A stretch of DNA of 64,000 nucleotides from Sedimentisphaerales bacterium (GCA_963708075.1 OY970194.1:6080001-6144000); one strand, 5' to 3'; shown: positions 20,300-30,617, numbered from the stretch's first letter. The notes: generated by a model not told the origin, from the sequence alone. Program-made: numbers and translations.

Positions 20300-20830
20300 A
20301 TGGGTTCAAGTCGGACAGAAGAGAATCTGCTGGAAACAACGGAGGAGCAGGAGCTGGATGGCAATGATGCCGCGAAATTGGTCTCGGTGACCGAGTCGAT
20401 TCGTTACCGAAAGAGGGCGCAGAGCGCCGAGAAGAAGTCGGAGAGCCTGGCGGAGCAACTGACTGAGGCAAACCAGAAGATCGGCCGCCTGGAACAGGAC
20501 CTGACCGACCTTCAGACCGAGCAGAAACTGATACGCAAGCTTGCAGCGGCCGGCGCCGCGGACCTGGAGGCGGCCGTACTTGTGGCGAAGACAAGGATGG
20601 AGGGCAAGCCGGAAGCCGACATTGATGCGTGCATCGAGCAGTTGAGGAGGGAGAAGGCGTACCTGTTCGGTGGATCAATGGAGACATCACCACTCCGCAA
20701 AACGGCGGGCGCAAAGGATCGAGCCAGGCAGCCGCAGATGGCCCTGGAACAGGCTGCCAAGAAGGCAGCAAGGACCGGCAGCCGCGCGGACCTTCAGCAC
20801 TATCTGAAGTTGCGCAGGAACCTGTTGTGA
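20300..20830 (+). CDS. Phage capsid scaffolding protein (putative)
   Basis: Acidic N-terminus, ESIRYRKRA coiled coil, IEQLRREKAYLF; between portal and capsid. Confidence 0.7.
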   Translation: MGSSRTEENLLETTEEQELDGNDAAKLVSVTESIRYRKRAQSAEKKSESLAEQLTEANQKIGRLEQDLTDLQTEQKLIRKLAAAGAADLEAAVLVAKTRMEGKPEADIDACIEQLRREKAYLFGGSMETSPLRKTAGAKDRARQPQMALEQAAKKAARTGSRADLQHYLKLRRNLL

Positions 20831-20899
20831 CGCCGGATCAGGACTTGAACAAATCGCATGTGTGACAAAGTAACTGAACCATTGCAAGGAGAAGAGAAT

Positions 20900-22054
20900 A
20901 TGCCATTTACGGGAAAAGCGACATACTCAGCGGGAACGACTCTGCCGGAATTGGCAGAGGATGTGTCGGATATGATCGCGATCATCTCGCCTGATGAGAC
21001 GCCTCTGTTGAACGCGCTGGGCGATCCTCTGCGCAAGGCGACCAGCACGCATCACGAGTGGTTGGAGGATGAGCTGCTCCCCAACAAAGATGCGATCAAC
21101 GATTCGACGTGGTCGAATCCTGCGTCAGACACGGACTTCGTTGTGGACCACGGCAGCCGGTTCCGTGTGGGCGATCAAATCCAGACCGAGGGCAGTGGAG
21201 AGCTGATGCTCGTGACGGCGGTCAGCACCAACACACTGACGGTCGTTCGCGGTTATGCGGGCACCACGCCGGAGAATTTGGCGGACAACCAGATCATCAA
21301 CATCCTCGGCAACGCGGCCCTGGAAGGCGCCGACAAGCCGAACGCACGGTTCACCAACCGGGTGCGGTGCGGCAACTACACGCAGATCTTCACGGCCACC
21401 GTCGAGGTTAGCGGCACCGACATGGCGGCCAGTCAACTGGGCCTCGCGGATGAACTGGATCTCCAGAAGCAGGAACGATTGCGTGAATTGATCCGTGACC
21501 TGGAGGGTACCATCATCAATGGCGGTCTGCCGGCAAGCGATCCACAGGGCAGCGGCACGGTGCGCAGGACGATGAAGGGCATCATCCGGCACCTTTCGAC
21601 GAACGCATTCAGCACCGGCGACAGCGGTCTTCCCGCCGGCAACGATCTGGATGAGGCCAAGGTCAACTATGTGCTGCGGAAGATCTGGGAGAATAGTAGC
21701 GGCAATGTGGACCTGATCGTCGTCGGAGGCTTTCAGAAGCGAAAGATCAACGCCTTCTGCTCGGACAGTCGAAGCTATGGGGCGACCGACACGACGTTCA
21801 CGGACATGGTGAGCATCTACGAGTCGGATTTTGGCGTCTGCCGGATTGTCACGACTCGGTGGCTGCCGCAGGATGTGGCACTGTTCCTGGATTCTTCGAG
21901 GATCAGCGTTCTGCCCATGGCGGGACGGAGTTTCTACTTCAAGCCGCTGGCCAGCGCCGGCGATTACGAGTGCGGCGAGCTCATCGGCGAGTACACGCTC
22001 GAACTCAAGAATGAGGCTGCTCACGGCTTGATCCGCAACCTGACCACAAGCTGA
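20900..22054 (+). CDS. Major capsid protein, SU10/DUF5309 type
   Basis: EDVSD.I..ISP.ETP, HEWLEDEL, NYTQIF..TVEVSGT, RTMKG, YESDFG, GEYTLELKNE.AHG; AAGGAG RBS. Confidence 0.88.
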   Translation: MPFTGKATYSAGTTLPELAEDVSDMIAIISPDETPLLNALGDPLRKATSTHHEWLEDELLPNKDAINDSTWSNPASDTDFVVDHGSRFRVGDQIQTEGSGELMLVTAVSTNTLTVVRGYAGTTPENLADNQIINILGNAALEGADKPNARFTNRVRCGNYTQIFTATVEVSGTDMAASQLGLADELDLQKQERLRELIRDLEGTIINGGLPASDPQGSGTVRRTMKGIIRHLSTNAFSTGDSGLPAGNDLDEAKVNYVLRKIWENSSGNVDLIVVGGFQKRKINAFCSDSRSYGATDTTFTDMVSIYESDFGVCRIVTTRWLPQDVALFLDSSRISVLPMAGRSFYFKPLASAGDYECGELIGEYTLELKNEAAHGLIRNLTTS

Positions 22055-22142
22055 TGTCGATTGCGGATTGATGATTTCGGATTGCGGATTGGATCGCAGG
22101 GAGTTTTCCAATCCGCAATCCTGAGCGTGGAGATTGAAGACA

Positions 22143-22799
22143 ATGGTCAAGTTCTCAAGCGATGTGGACATTCTGAAGTATGAGCCGATTCTGTTCAGCG
22201 AACTGCATTTGCCGTGGCAGGTACTGGCGAGCGGGACCGGCGCGACCCTGGCTGGCACAACTCTGACGGTTTCAGATGCGAACTTCGAGAGTGCCGGTGT
22301 TTCCCTGGATGGTGTCGCCTATTTGCTCTCGACAGATGGATTGCTTGACGGCGCATATGAGATCGTGTCCGTGGATTCGGCGACACAACTGACTGTCTCA
22401 GTCCTCAGGTCAGACACTGCGAATACTCCAGTTGCCCCACCAGCCGCTGACGACGTCACCTATCGCATCAGCACGTTCGAGCCGCAGGCGGGTGAAGCGG
22501 CCTTCCAACTGACCGAGTACTTTGGCATCCGGCCGGGTGACGCGACGAGCACGATCACTGTTGATGACATCGTGGACACCGAGGGACTGCGAAGAGCCTC
22601 CGCCTTCCTGGTCATCGCCAGCGTCTACGCCATGTGGACCAGCCGGACCGATTGTGAGACGTTTTGGCGAAAGAGCTTGCATTACAGGCAGTTCTTCGAA
22701 AACGCCCGACAGCGATGTCATCTGAGTGTGGACCTTGGGTCCGACGGTGTGGCGGATATCACTCGCGTGGGCGGTGCGATCAGACTGGTGCGGGACTGA
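22143..22799 (+). CDS. Putative virion head-completion/adaptor protein
   Basis: Directly after the capsid gene; beta-rich middle and helical C-terminus. Function from position only. Confidence 0.5.
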   Translation: MVKFSSDVDILKYEPILFSELHLPWQVLASGTGATLAGTTLTVSDANFESAGVSLDGVAYLLSTDGLLDGAYEIVSVDSATQLTVSVLRSDTANTPVAPPAADDVTYRISTFEPQAGEAAFQLTEYFGIRPGDATSTITVDDIVDTEGLRRASAFLVIASVYAMWTSRTDCETFWRKSLHYRQFFENARQRCHLSVDLGSDGVADITRVGGAIRLVRD

Positions 22800-22817
22800 G
22801 CGACAGGGGAGCGACCT

Positions 22818-23190
22818 ATGAATGTCACATTAGATGGCAGTGCGTTGTTCGATGATCAGGGGCTGCAGATGGAAGTCGGCAGCTACAGCAGGGCCTACGT
22901 CGAACGCGCTATCCGCGGTTCTCGACGGTATGCTGAGCATCGATCTGGGAGAACGAACACGAGAAATTCTTCAGCGAGGCACGCTCCGCGCTCCCAGTCG
23001 GGCGGCAATGCAGGCCAGGACCGATTCGATCTCAGCTTTCATCGATGGCGATACGCACACGCTGAGAACCGCTGACAGACAAGAGTATCACAATATCCGC
23101 ATGGACAGCTTCAAGCAAATCGATGAGAGTACCAGCGGGCCGGGAATCGCCATCGAGTACGAGATCGTGTACACACAACTGGGAGTGTAG
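22818..23190 (+). CDS. Putative virion structural protein, frameshifted as given
   Basis: ORFs 22818.. and ..23190 fuse (ERAIRG-LDGMLSIDLG) on removing one T in GGTTCTC 22917-22923. Confidence 0.65.
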
Positions 23191-23195
23191 CGGCC

Positions 23196-23975
23196 ATGTC
23201 GTTTCTTCGTGATGGGATTGAGAATGTTCGGGTCTTCGCTCTGCCGGATGGTGTCCGGGCAGACGGCCGGAGTGTCGCTGTGTATGGGGCCGCATTGGTG
23301 GCCTGGCGTTCATCGCATGTGGGCATGTTCCACCATGTGTACCTGAACGGCCGCTTCGCGGGTGCCACACTCGACACGGAGCAACGGCGACTTGTGGTGC
23401 AGGTACCCGGCTCATTCCAATCGGCGATACGAGTGACGGTGATCGCGGTGTCGCCAGCGGATGCTCACGTGGATTGCGCCGCTGACATCGAGCAGGCCAC
23501 GGTGTGCAGCGGACGGGTCAGGCTGACGTTGCTGCGAAGTCAAACCCTGCCTCTCGGCGCAACAGCCAATATCTACCATGACAGCGGCACGGGACAGATC
23601 GACTATGCAGAGCCGGTGAATCTAGCGCCGATTCCGGTTTGGCCCTGCGTGCAAGACAAGGCGGGTTTCGGGATGGCGCAGTTCGCAACGGGTGATTTTG
23701 GCTACGATTCTGCGGCATCATTCGGCTTTGGGAGAGGCGCTCTGGGACATGGCCAGTTCGGCTTGGATGCCGACTCGTTCCAGTGGACAGGGCCAGCGCT
23801 GCCGCTTGGCAAATACCGGTTTGGCGTGAGGATCACCGATACGATCGGCAACGTGAGCCTCGCCAGTGAGACGGCGCAGGTCACCATCGCGCCTGCCGTT
23901 AAGCCTGCGGACGGTCTTAATGTCGCGGCATTTGACGAACAAACGAACGAACTCACACTGACGGTAACAGGCTAA
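23196..23975 (+). CDS. Putative virion structural protein, beta-rich/FN3-like
   Basis: Tightly coupled; GFG-rich segment and GKYRFGVRITDTIGNVS. Confidence 0.55.
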   Translation: MSFLRDGIENVRVFALPDGVRADGRSVAVYGAALVAWRSSHVGMFHHVYLNGRFAGATLDTEQRRLVVQVPGSFQSAIRVTVIAVSPADAHVDCAADIEQATVCSGRVRLTLLRSQTLPLGATANIYHDSGTGQIDYAEPVNLAPIPVWPCVQDKAGFGMAQFATGDFGYDSAASFGFGRGALGHGQFGLDADSFQWTGPALPLGKYRFGVRITDTIGNVSLASETAQVTIAPAVKPADGLNVAAFDEQTNELTLTVTG

Positions 23976-24007
23976 GTCATGCCTATGACAGATGCCAGGA
24001 GAACACT

Positions 24008-24796
24008 ATGAGCGAAGTCTATCCTTCCGACAATGAATTATTGAATCTGCAGTCGGACGCGGAAACAGGCGTCGAGTATATCGCGACCGGCACGGCCCCG
24101 TACTACCTTCACTTTCGAAAGCTCCTTTACCGGCTGCTGCTGGGCATGCGCCGGGCGAACGACCTGAGGGTATATGACGAGGGCGGGCTGGACATCGGCG
24201 TCAAGGGGGGCAAGTTTTGGCTGGGCACGGACCTAGTCGAGTACGCCGGGTCCTCCGCCAACACGCTGGCCGATAACAAGCCGAACGTCTACATCTACCT
24301 TGATGCCGGGGGCGATCTCGTCACGAACGAATACGGTGGCTTCCCAAGTATGACGACCACACCCCACGTGCGTCTGGCGGTCGTGACCACTGCCGGCAAC
24401 GACATCAGCTCGATCATGGATTGCCGCGGTGGACACAACATTACAGTCCCGTACGCCGCTGGCGGCATCCACAAGTCCATCGAGGCGCACACCAGCAATG
24501 ACGTACTTGCCCCGGCCGAGTCGGGCAGTGTGCACACCAACCTCGGGGCCACCGGCGTTGTGATGCTTACGCTGCCGGCTTCGGCGCCACAGGGGACTGT
24601 CTTCACCCTCGCCGTGCAGGCGGCGTTCGAGTTACGGGTGGATCCTGGCACAGCTGCGATCCGCGACGACAGCGGCCAGACCCCTGACAAGTACAAGTCG
24701 GCCAGCGCCGTCGGCGCGTCTCTCACGCTCGTCGCCGACGCCAACGGTAACTGGGCAACGGTCGCTAAGAACGGAACGTGGACGCAGGAGAACTGA
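24008..24796 (+). CDS. Putative tail/fibre or decoration protein
   Basis: AGGAG RBS; Gly/Thr/Ala-rich, LTLPASA and GASLTLVA...W fibre-like segments. Confidence 0.55.
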   Translation: MSEVYPSDNELLNLQSDAETGVEYIATGTAPYYLHFRKLLYRLLLGMRRANDLRVYDEGGLDIGVKGGKFWLGTDLVEYAGSSANTLADNKPNVYIYLDAGGDLVTNEYGGFPSMTTTPHVRLAVVTTAGNDISSIMDCRGGHNITVPYAAGGIHKSIEAHTSNDVLAPAESGSVHTNLGATGVVMLTLPASAPQGTVFTLAVQAAFELRVDPGTAAIRDDSGQTPDKYKSASAVGASLTLVADANGNWATVAKNGTWTQEN

Positions 24797-24885
24797 CGGA
24801 TTTATGAATTATGATTTCCGATTTAGGGGTGGCGAGAACCCGAATTACAGTTCGCAATTCATAAATCGTAAATGGAGAGACACCG

Positions 24886-25344
24886 ATGTCGAATGAAATT
24901 CACGTGGATTACGGCTCCAGCAACGTCCTGTACGCCGTGATTCGCAACGATGCCGGCCAAGTCTGGCGTGTGGCCGGGCAGGCCTTTGAGAACTGGGGCG
25001 CGGATGGGCACACCGCCGATGATTATGACATCGCTTTGACGGACACCAGCGGCAGCCACTACGTCGGCAGCGTCGATGGGAACATCCCCAGTGGCTCCTA
25101 CTCCATCCAAGTGTTCTGCCGGCTCGGCGCTGCTCCGGCCGACACCGACCCGCTGGTGAGCAGTCGGCAGATCCTCTGGACCGGCACCGGGGAACTGACG
25201 GCCGCCAAGTTCCTCGTGAACCGGGCCGTCCAGGACAAAGTCACCGGTGACGTCGATTACTACGACGATGACAGCCAGACGATCCTGCTCACCCATACCA
25301 TGGGCGAAACCCAAGCGTACTTCACAAGGACACCAAACTCATGA
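24886..25344 (+). CDS. Hypothetical virion-cluster protein
   Basis: GGAGAG RBS; YYDDDSQTILLT motif; same strand as the operon. Confidence 0.55.
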   Translation: MSNEIHVDYGSSNVLYAVIRNDAGQVWRVAGQAFENWGADGHTADDYDIALTDTSGSHYVGSVDGNIPSGSYSIQVFCRLGAAPADTDPLVSSRQILWTGTGELTAAKFLVNRAVQDKVTGDVDYYDDDSQTILLTHTMGETQAYFTRTPNS

Positions 25345-25437
25345 TCTGCGACTTACGAATTGCGAATTACGATTTCGCTCTCACCACGCCCAAGTCGCAA
25401 ATCGAGAATCGCAAATTGTAAATCCAATGGAGGACCT

Positions 25438-25837
25438 ATGTCTGGCTTTTCAGATTACTGGGAAAACCGGATTCTGAACCATCTGTTCTGCAAAGAGGCG
25501 TACGCCCCGCCAGCGTTGCTCTACGTGGCCCTGTCCACTGCTGATCCGGGCGACGACGGGACGGGTGCGGCAGAGCCCGCGGGCGGTTCTTACGCCCGCG
25601 TCGAGAACCTGCAATGCAAGCTGGGCCGGGGCCTCCGGCGGCGCGGTCTGCAACGCCGACGCCATCGAGTTTCCCCAGGCTTCCGGCGACTGGGGCACGA
25701 TCACCCACTTCGCTCTCTATGACGCTGCCACAGGCGGCCACCTGCTCGCCTGCGGGCCCCTGACCTGGCCCAGGACCGTCACCGCCGCCCATGCTATCCG
25801 CTTCGCCCCCGCCCACCTGACCGTGACGCTGGGTTGA
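25438..25837 (+). CDS. Small phage tail-associated protein, frameshifted as given
   Basis: FSDYWEN.ILNHLF..YVALSTADP..GGSYARV continues into IEFPQASGDWGTITHFALYDAATGG on removing one A in GAGAACC 25603-25609; GGAGG RBS. Confidence 0.75.
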
Positions 25838-25944
25838 ACTGAAGATAAAACGTCAAACATCGAAGATCAAAAGTAAGAAAGCATCGCCGAAGGCGATTCC
25901 GCAGCTTTGACTTTTGAGTTTCGATCTTGGAAACGGAGTTTCTG

Positions 25945-26358
25945 ATGGCCAGCTATCCGCAATACGACTACGATCCTTCGAGCACGAACCTGTATCGCAC
26001 GAACCTCTACTCCGGGGCCGACCCGGATGTCGGAAGTACACAGCAGTTCTGTGCCGACATCGACCTGACCCGGCTGCTCTTCGCCGTCTGCGAGCTGAAG
26101 TTCGACGCCAGCGGAGCCACCGACGACCTCAAGGTGAGTCTCTACCGCCGCATCGACGACTCCTGGGATGGCGACGAACTCGAGATCTTCGCCACCACCC
26201 TCGACAGTGACGGCTCCGAGGATCTCTGGTCCTTCGTCCTCGGGCCCGACTTTGGCCCGGGCCACTACCGATTCGGACTTAAAAGCACCGGCGCCACCGA
26301 TACTTTCGACGTCGACCTCGACACCCGCTTCGCACGATTCGAAATCGCCACGAGTTGA
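25945..26358 (+). CDS. Hypothetical acidic beta-rich protein
   Basis: GGAG RBS, strong GC3 codon bias, lies within the operon. Confidence 0.55.
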   Translation: MASYPQYDYDPSSTNLYRTNLYSGADPDVGSTQQFCADIDLTRLLFAVCELKFDASGATDDLKVSLYRRIDDSWDGDELEIFATTLDSDGSEDLWSFVLGPDFGPGHYRFGLKSTGATDTFDVDLDTRFARFEIATS

Positions 26359-26362
26359 GACT

Positions 26363-27907
26363 ATGGCTACTAAGATCAAACCGTTGTTGGGCATTCTCGC
26401 GCGAGGTGGCCATCCCCTCGTTCGGGGTCTGGCGGGTGCATGGTTGTTCAACGAGGGGCGGGGGAACACGGCCTGGGACCTCAGCGGCAGCGGGCATCCG
26501 GGGACGCTGACGGGCATGGACCCGGCGAGCGACTGGGTCGCCGGGCCCCACGGGTACGCTCTGGACTTCGACGGGACCGATGACCGGGTGATTGTCGGCC
26601 CGGACGCAGGGATCAACCTCGGCACCGCCAACGCTTGCGTCATCCGATGCCGTATGAATTTGTTGAGTGCCTCGCGTATGCTCTTTGGGCACAAGGCGTG
26701 GAATAATGGCGGGTACTTCTTCACGCTTGCATCCGGGCTCCTCTATTATTGCGCGAATGGGTCCTACAAGGGCGTCTCGCATGGGATCATCGCAGGCGAC
26801 GAAGTATGGCTGGGGGTGTCACGGCAGGGGACGTTCGTGGCATTCTACAAGAACGGCGTGCCCCTCGGAGCGGTCCAAACGCTCGCCGCCAACAATGGCC
26901 TCTCTGTGAGTTCGATCGGAGCGTACCGCGATAGCGCGGCGGAGCTGGCGAACATGCGGTGTGACTACGTATACTGCTGGAACCGGGCGCTGTCGGCGGG
27001 GGAGATGGCGTGGCTATACCAGGACCCGTTCTGCTTCTTCCGGCGACCGAGCACGATCCCTCTCCTGGATTTCTCCGAAGGCACGATCCACGACGTCTCA
27101 GGCGCGGCCAGCGCGGCTTCTTCGGCAAGCGGGACCGCCACGGTGGTCCCGGGCGCTTGGCAGCCCACCGGCACACCCTGGCCGGAAGCCACGCTGGGCA
27201 TCGAGGCCTCCTGGCGGAAAGAGGCGATGCTCCATGGGATGACGGATGTCGCGGTGAAGCTCGGGATCGTTCTCACGCAGGGCTGGTTCTGGACGCGACG
27301 GTCAGGATGCTCGTTGCTATACGAACTGCAGGACGGGAAGGTTCATAAGCCCACCTTCCTCCTGCGTCGCGTGGCGCCGGTAGACGCCAGGCACATCGCC
27401 TTGTCTGCGTACCTGCCCCATGGGCCCGGCTCGAGTTGCTGCTATCTCCTCCGGCGGTTCAACAGTTGCGGGCACCAGGACCGAACGGTGGGAGCGGCGG
27501 TCCTCGTTCGCATGGCCCCAAACGGCCAACTGGCCCCACCTGCACCGAATCCCGTTTTCGGCCTGCAGGCCCGACAGACTGCCGGCGCCGTAGAGACGCA
27601 ACACCTTGTCTCTGTAGAGTGGTTCTACTGGCCTCTCGATCAGGCGGTGGTTCCGCGCGTGTTCAACGTGTACTGGGACGGCGGAACCGGCTGTCTTGAC
27701 CTTGTGAACCCTGTCGCGGTGGTGCCTTACGCGGGACGCAGGTTCTACCGGTGCCAAAGTGGGCCGGTGGAAGATGGCACGTATGTCTTCGCTGTGCAGG
27801 CTGAGAGTGTCACTGCGGTAGAGAGCCCGCCACGGAAATTCCAAATTCGGATTTCGACATTCGAAACTGGAGAGGAGCCGAGGATCCTCGACGTGGAAGC
27901 CATCTGA
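26363..27907 (+). CDS. LamG/concanavalin-A-like domain protein with FN3-like C-terminus (putative receptor binding)
   Basis: GLAGAWLFNEG.G..AWDLSG, ALDFDGTDD, FYKNG, WNRALS..E. Confidence 0.75.
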   Translation: MATKIKPLLGILARGGHPLVRGLAGAWLFNEGRGNTAWDLSGSGHPGTLTGMDPASDWVAGPHGYALDFDGTDDRVIVGPDAGINLGTANACVIRCRMNLLSASRMLFGHKAWNNGGYFFTLASGLLYYCANGSYKGVSHGIIAGDEVWLGVSRQGTFVAFYKNGVPLGAVQTLAANNGLSVSSIGAYRDSAAELANMRCDYVYCWNRALSAGEMAWLYQDPFCFFRRPSTIPLLDFSEGTIHDVSGAASAASSASGTATVVPGAWQPTGTPWPEATLGIEASWRKEAMLHGMTDVAVKLGIVLTQGWFWTRRSGCSLLYELQDGKVHKPTFLLRRVAPVDARHIALSAYLPHGPGSSCCYLLRRFNSCGHQDRTVGAAVLVRMAPNGQLAPPAPNPVFGLQARQTAGAVETQHLVSVEWFYWPLDQAVVPRVFNVYWDGGTGCLDLVNPVAVVPYAGRRFYRCQSGPVEDGTYVFAVQAESVTAVESPPRKFQIRISTFETGEEPRILDVEAI

Positions 27908-27997
27908 TTTACGATTTATGATTTACGATTTTTGACTCACGCAAATCACGAATCGGAGATCGTAACTCGCAAATCGTACATCAAAAGGGGAACGGGA

Positions 27998-29842
27998 ATG
28001 GGCAACACAGTCGACTTGTTTCAGCCGGAGCGTGTGAGCCTGGCTTTGCCGGCCGGTACGGTGGTCGTCTTCATCGACGGCGCGCTATGCGATGGTCTCG
28101 AGCCGGTGGAGATCGTCCGCGGAGGCTGGCCGGAATTCGGGCGTGCGAAACTGTTGTACAACCCGGCTACACGCCACGCCTCAGCGACACCAGGTGTTGT
28201 GTCCTTGTCAGAGGAGATTGAGGGCCACCTCGGCATGGGCAAGCACGTGAGCCTGCGGCAGCTTTTCAATGCCGCACCGCTGCAAACGGCCATGGATGAC
28301 CTTGTGCTCTTCGAGGGACAGATCGAAAGCATCGAAACCGCCATTGGCCCCGAAGGAGAGACTGTCGAGCTGACGGCCAGGGACTTCAGCGCTGTCCTCG
28401 AACACGTGACTGTGTATGGGCAGCATGTTGATGCATGCACTGGTGGCACCATCTTCCTGTCCGGCCTGGAGACGGCCTTCAACCCCGGCGGAAAGGGCAA
28501 TGCTGGGATGGAGCCGGCTGTAGCCAACGGGCAAACCTGCACGGTCTTCAGCGCAGAGGCCGCGGGAGCCAGAGCATGGCGATTGGCGGAGGTTATTGAG
28601 TACCTTCTGAAGGCGCACCTTCCTGCGGGGCGGCTGCACTGGCCTGGTATTGAGCAACTGCTTGCCCTGACAGAGGCTCGCGCAGCGCACGACTTGGACG
28701 TCACGGGCCTGAGCCTTCTCGAAGCCCTGCATCACTGCTGCGACTGGGCAGGTCTTCAGTTCCGGTTCGTACCGCGCTCGATCCAGACCGGGCCCCGCCA
28801 GGCAGTCGTCTTCTATCGGAACGGCCGGGGCCGCGTGATCGAACTGAATTGCCAGCCGGTGGGACAACCGTTGAGTCTGTCGCGGACCAGCATCGGTGCA
28901 CTGCATAGTCGGCGTGACGTCTATCCTCTCACGCATCGGTATATCGGCCAGGGCGATTTCAAGGTGTACGAGGCGACGTTCGAGCTCGTGAAGGCCTGGG
29001 ATCCCGCTCTGGAGGGCGTGAACTACTACACCTTCTGCCCATCAGCGAATCCGGAATTCCACAAGGTCAGGGATGTGTATCGCAGGTGGTGCCTTAATGA
29101 AGCGGGCGACTACTCCCGCGAACCCTATAGCCGTGGCCTACCCTGCGATCTCACGGGCATCTTTGAAGGCGGCAGCTATGTCCGTCGTCGCCGGAGATTC
29201 TGGCCGACCCTGAGTACGGACAGCCAAGGCAGGCCGCTGGGCTACTCACTGGAGGTTTCCTACGATGATGGTCTGAACTGGTGGCAGTATTTCCACGCCT
29301 TCAACAACCTGCTGGACGAATGTGGAATCTGGCTTTCCAACGACCAACTTGACGTGGATATATGGGTAGCCGTTCTGAAAGGGGTGTTGAGATTCCGGGT
29401 CACCGCCGCTGTCGTGAGCGACGAGCGGTTGACCTGCACGGTGGCGAATGGTCCGGTCGGTTCGACGGCCCCTGTAATCGACCACGTGCTCACGTTGCCC
29501 CGCCGGTTCCAGTATCGCAAGGTCTCGCCACACAGCGTGCTCGCCGGCACGGAGGGATTCGGCAAGCCCAATGAGGTTGATGACACAGCCGCCCTGTATG
29601 AGTTCGTCCGCCGGCACGCGTCGGCATCAGAGGCGATCATTGAAATAACTGACCTGCAAACACCCGCCCTCGCCTTGCACTTCGAGCCGGGCGATCGTGT
29701 GACCTCCGGCCCCGACAGTCGGGATCTGTTGAGCTGTCGGCGCGACAACCGGAGCCTCGTTTGGATAGATCATGTCCGCATGGATTTCAAGAGCCAATGC
29801 ACGCACCTGAGGCTCATCCGACAACGACCGTGGAGCGAATAG
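27998..29842 (+). CDS. Putative tail hub/baseplate-like protein
   Basis: LFEGQI..IE, VELTARD, FEPGDRV motifs seen in tail hub proteins; 614 aa. Confidence 0.5.
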   Translation: MGNTVDLFQPERVSLALPAGTVVVFIDGALCDGLEPVEIVRGGWPEFGRAKLLYNPATRHASATPGVVSLSEEIEGHLGMGKHVSLRQLFNAAPLQTAMDDLVLFEGQIESIETAIGPEGETVELTARDFSAVLEHVTVYGQHVDACTGGTIFLSGLETAFNPGGKGNAGMEPAVANGQTCTVFSAEAAGARAWRLAEVIEYLLKAHLPAGRLHWPGIEQLLALTEARAAHDLDVTGLSLLEALHHCCDWAGLQFRFVPRSIQTGPRQAVVFYRNGRGRVIELNCQPVGQPLSLSRTSIGALHSRRDVYPLTHRYIGQGDFKVYEATFELVKAWDPALEGVNYYTFCPSANPEFHKVRDVYRRWCLNEAGDYSREPYSRGLPCDLTGIFEGGSYVRRRRRFWPTLSTDSQGRPLGYSLEVSYDDGLNWWQYFHAFNNLLDECGIWLSNDQLDVDIWVAVLKGVLRFRVTAAVVSDERLTCTVANGPVGSTAPVIDHVLTLPRRFQYRKVSPHSVLAGTEGFGKPNEVDDTAALYEFVRRHASASEAIIEITDLQTPALALHFEPGDRVTSGPDSRDLLSCRRDNRSLVWIDHVRMDFKSQCTHLRLIRQRPWSE

Positions 29843-29910
29843 AGATTGTCCCGGCATGATGGGTGGGAGATCTGCCTGTTGGCCGACATCAGCCAGTAAT
29901 AAGGAGTCCC

Positions 29911-30243
29911 ATGGACAGCAGGAATGTCACAGATCAGCAGCAGCTTCTGGCCGAGCTGGCGCGGACCGGCTCAGAAAATCGGCAGGAGAGTGCCGTCGTC
30001 ATTTCGCCGGGAGCCAGAGTGGTCGGGTGGGCGGTCAAGGTAAAGAGCCACGTGGCGTACAACAGATACAAGGTGTGCGCCGTCGTCATAACCGTCCCCG
30101 GCTTGACGCCCATCGAGATCGGAGAACAAATGGAGGCGGTCAACCTCGCAGAGCCTTTCCTGAGTCAGGGCACTGTCGCCGCGGGCAAGTACGGCATCAT
30201 GTGTCGTGTGGGCGAGGTCAACGTCTTCTATGCCGTGCCGTAG
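29911..30243 (+). CDS. Hypothetical virion-cluster protein
   Basis: AAGGAG RBS; EAVNLAE motif. Confidence 0.55.
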   Translation: MDSRNVTDQQQLLAELARTGSENRQESAVVISPGARVVGWAVKVKSHVAYNRYKVCAVVITVPGLTPIEIGEQMEAVNLAEPFLSQGTVAAGKYGIMCRVGEVNVFYAVP

Positions 30244-30272
30244 CGCGCCGGCGGACTGAACAGGAGGCGATA

Positions 30273-30542
30273 GTGACTAAAGAAACAGCGACAGGCTGGC
30301 GATTTGACCGCCGGATCAATCTCTCGGTGCTGCTGCAACTCATGGTGCTCGTATCCCTGATCCTCGGAAGCTGGGTGAATCTGCAACGACAGCTCGACTT
30401 GCTCCAGCACGACGTCACCATACTGCTGCAAAGTCAGAAGGAGTTCCAGCAGAAGCTCGAATCACTATCTGAGCGAAGTCTGTCCTGTGAGTACCGCCTG
30501 CAAGCCCTGGAAAAGGAGACGGTAGACCACAGTCGCCTGTGA
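30273..30542 (+). CDS. Small single-TM coiled-coil protein (holin/XhlA-like candidate)
   Basis: AGGAGG RBS and GTG 30273; WRFDRRINLSVLLQLMVLVSLILGSW TM followed by a coiled coil. Confidence 0.55.
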   Translation: MTKETATGWRFDRRINLSVLLQLMVLVSLILGSWVNLQRQLDLLQHDVTILLQSQKEFQQKLESLSERSLSCEYRLQALEKETVDHSRL

Positions 30543-30617
30543 AGTACCGTCAGCACAGGATGGATCGCGGATCCGTGAAGAGCATCCACTGATCGGGCGC
30601 GGCATGCGGCCTGAGTG

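Larger units (their letters stand above)
15824..27982. repeat. Nine short heptamer-periodic inverted-repeat units at gene junctions in the phage cluster (span given)
   Basis: Units at about 15824-15983, 16738-16813, 18559-18659, 20205-20288, 22060-22120, 24799-24873, 25343-25426, 25846-25929, 27907-27982. Confidence 0.8.

Noticed and set aside
22818..25837. Frameshifts as prophage decay or programmed tail-chaperone frameshifting
   Set aside because: The same GGTTCTC context recurs on both strands and in a host gene, with no slippery heptamer; artefact is more likely.
18675..30542. Contractile injection system, tailocin or encapsulin
   Set aside because: Portal, scaffold and capsid are present with no sheath or tube recognised; encapsulins lack portals.
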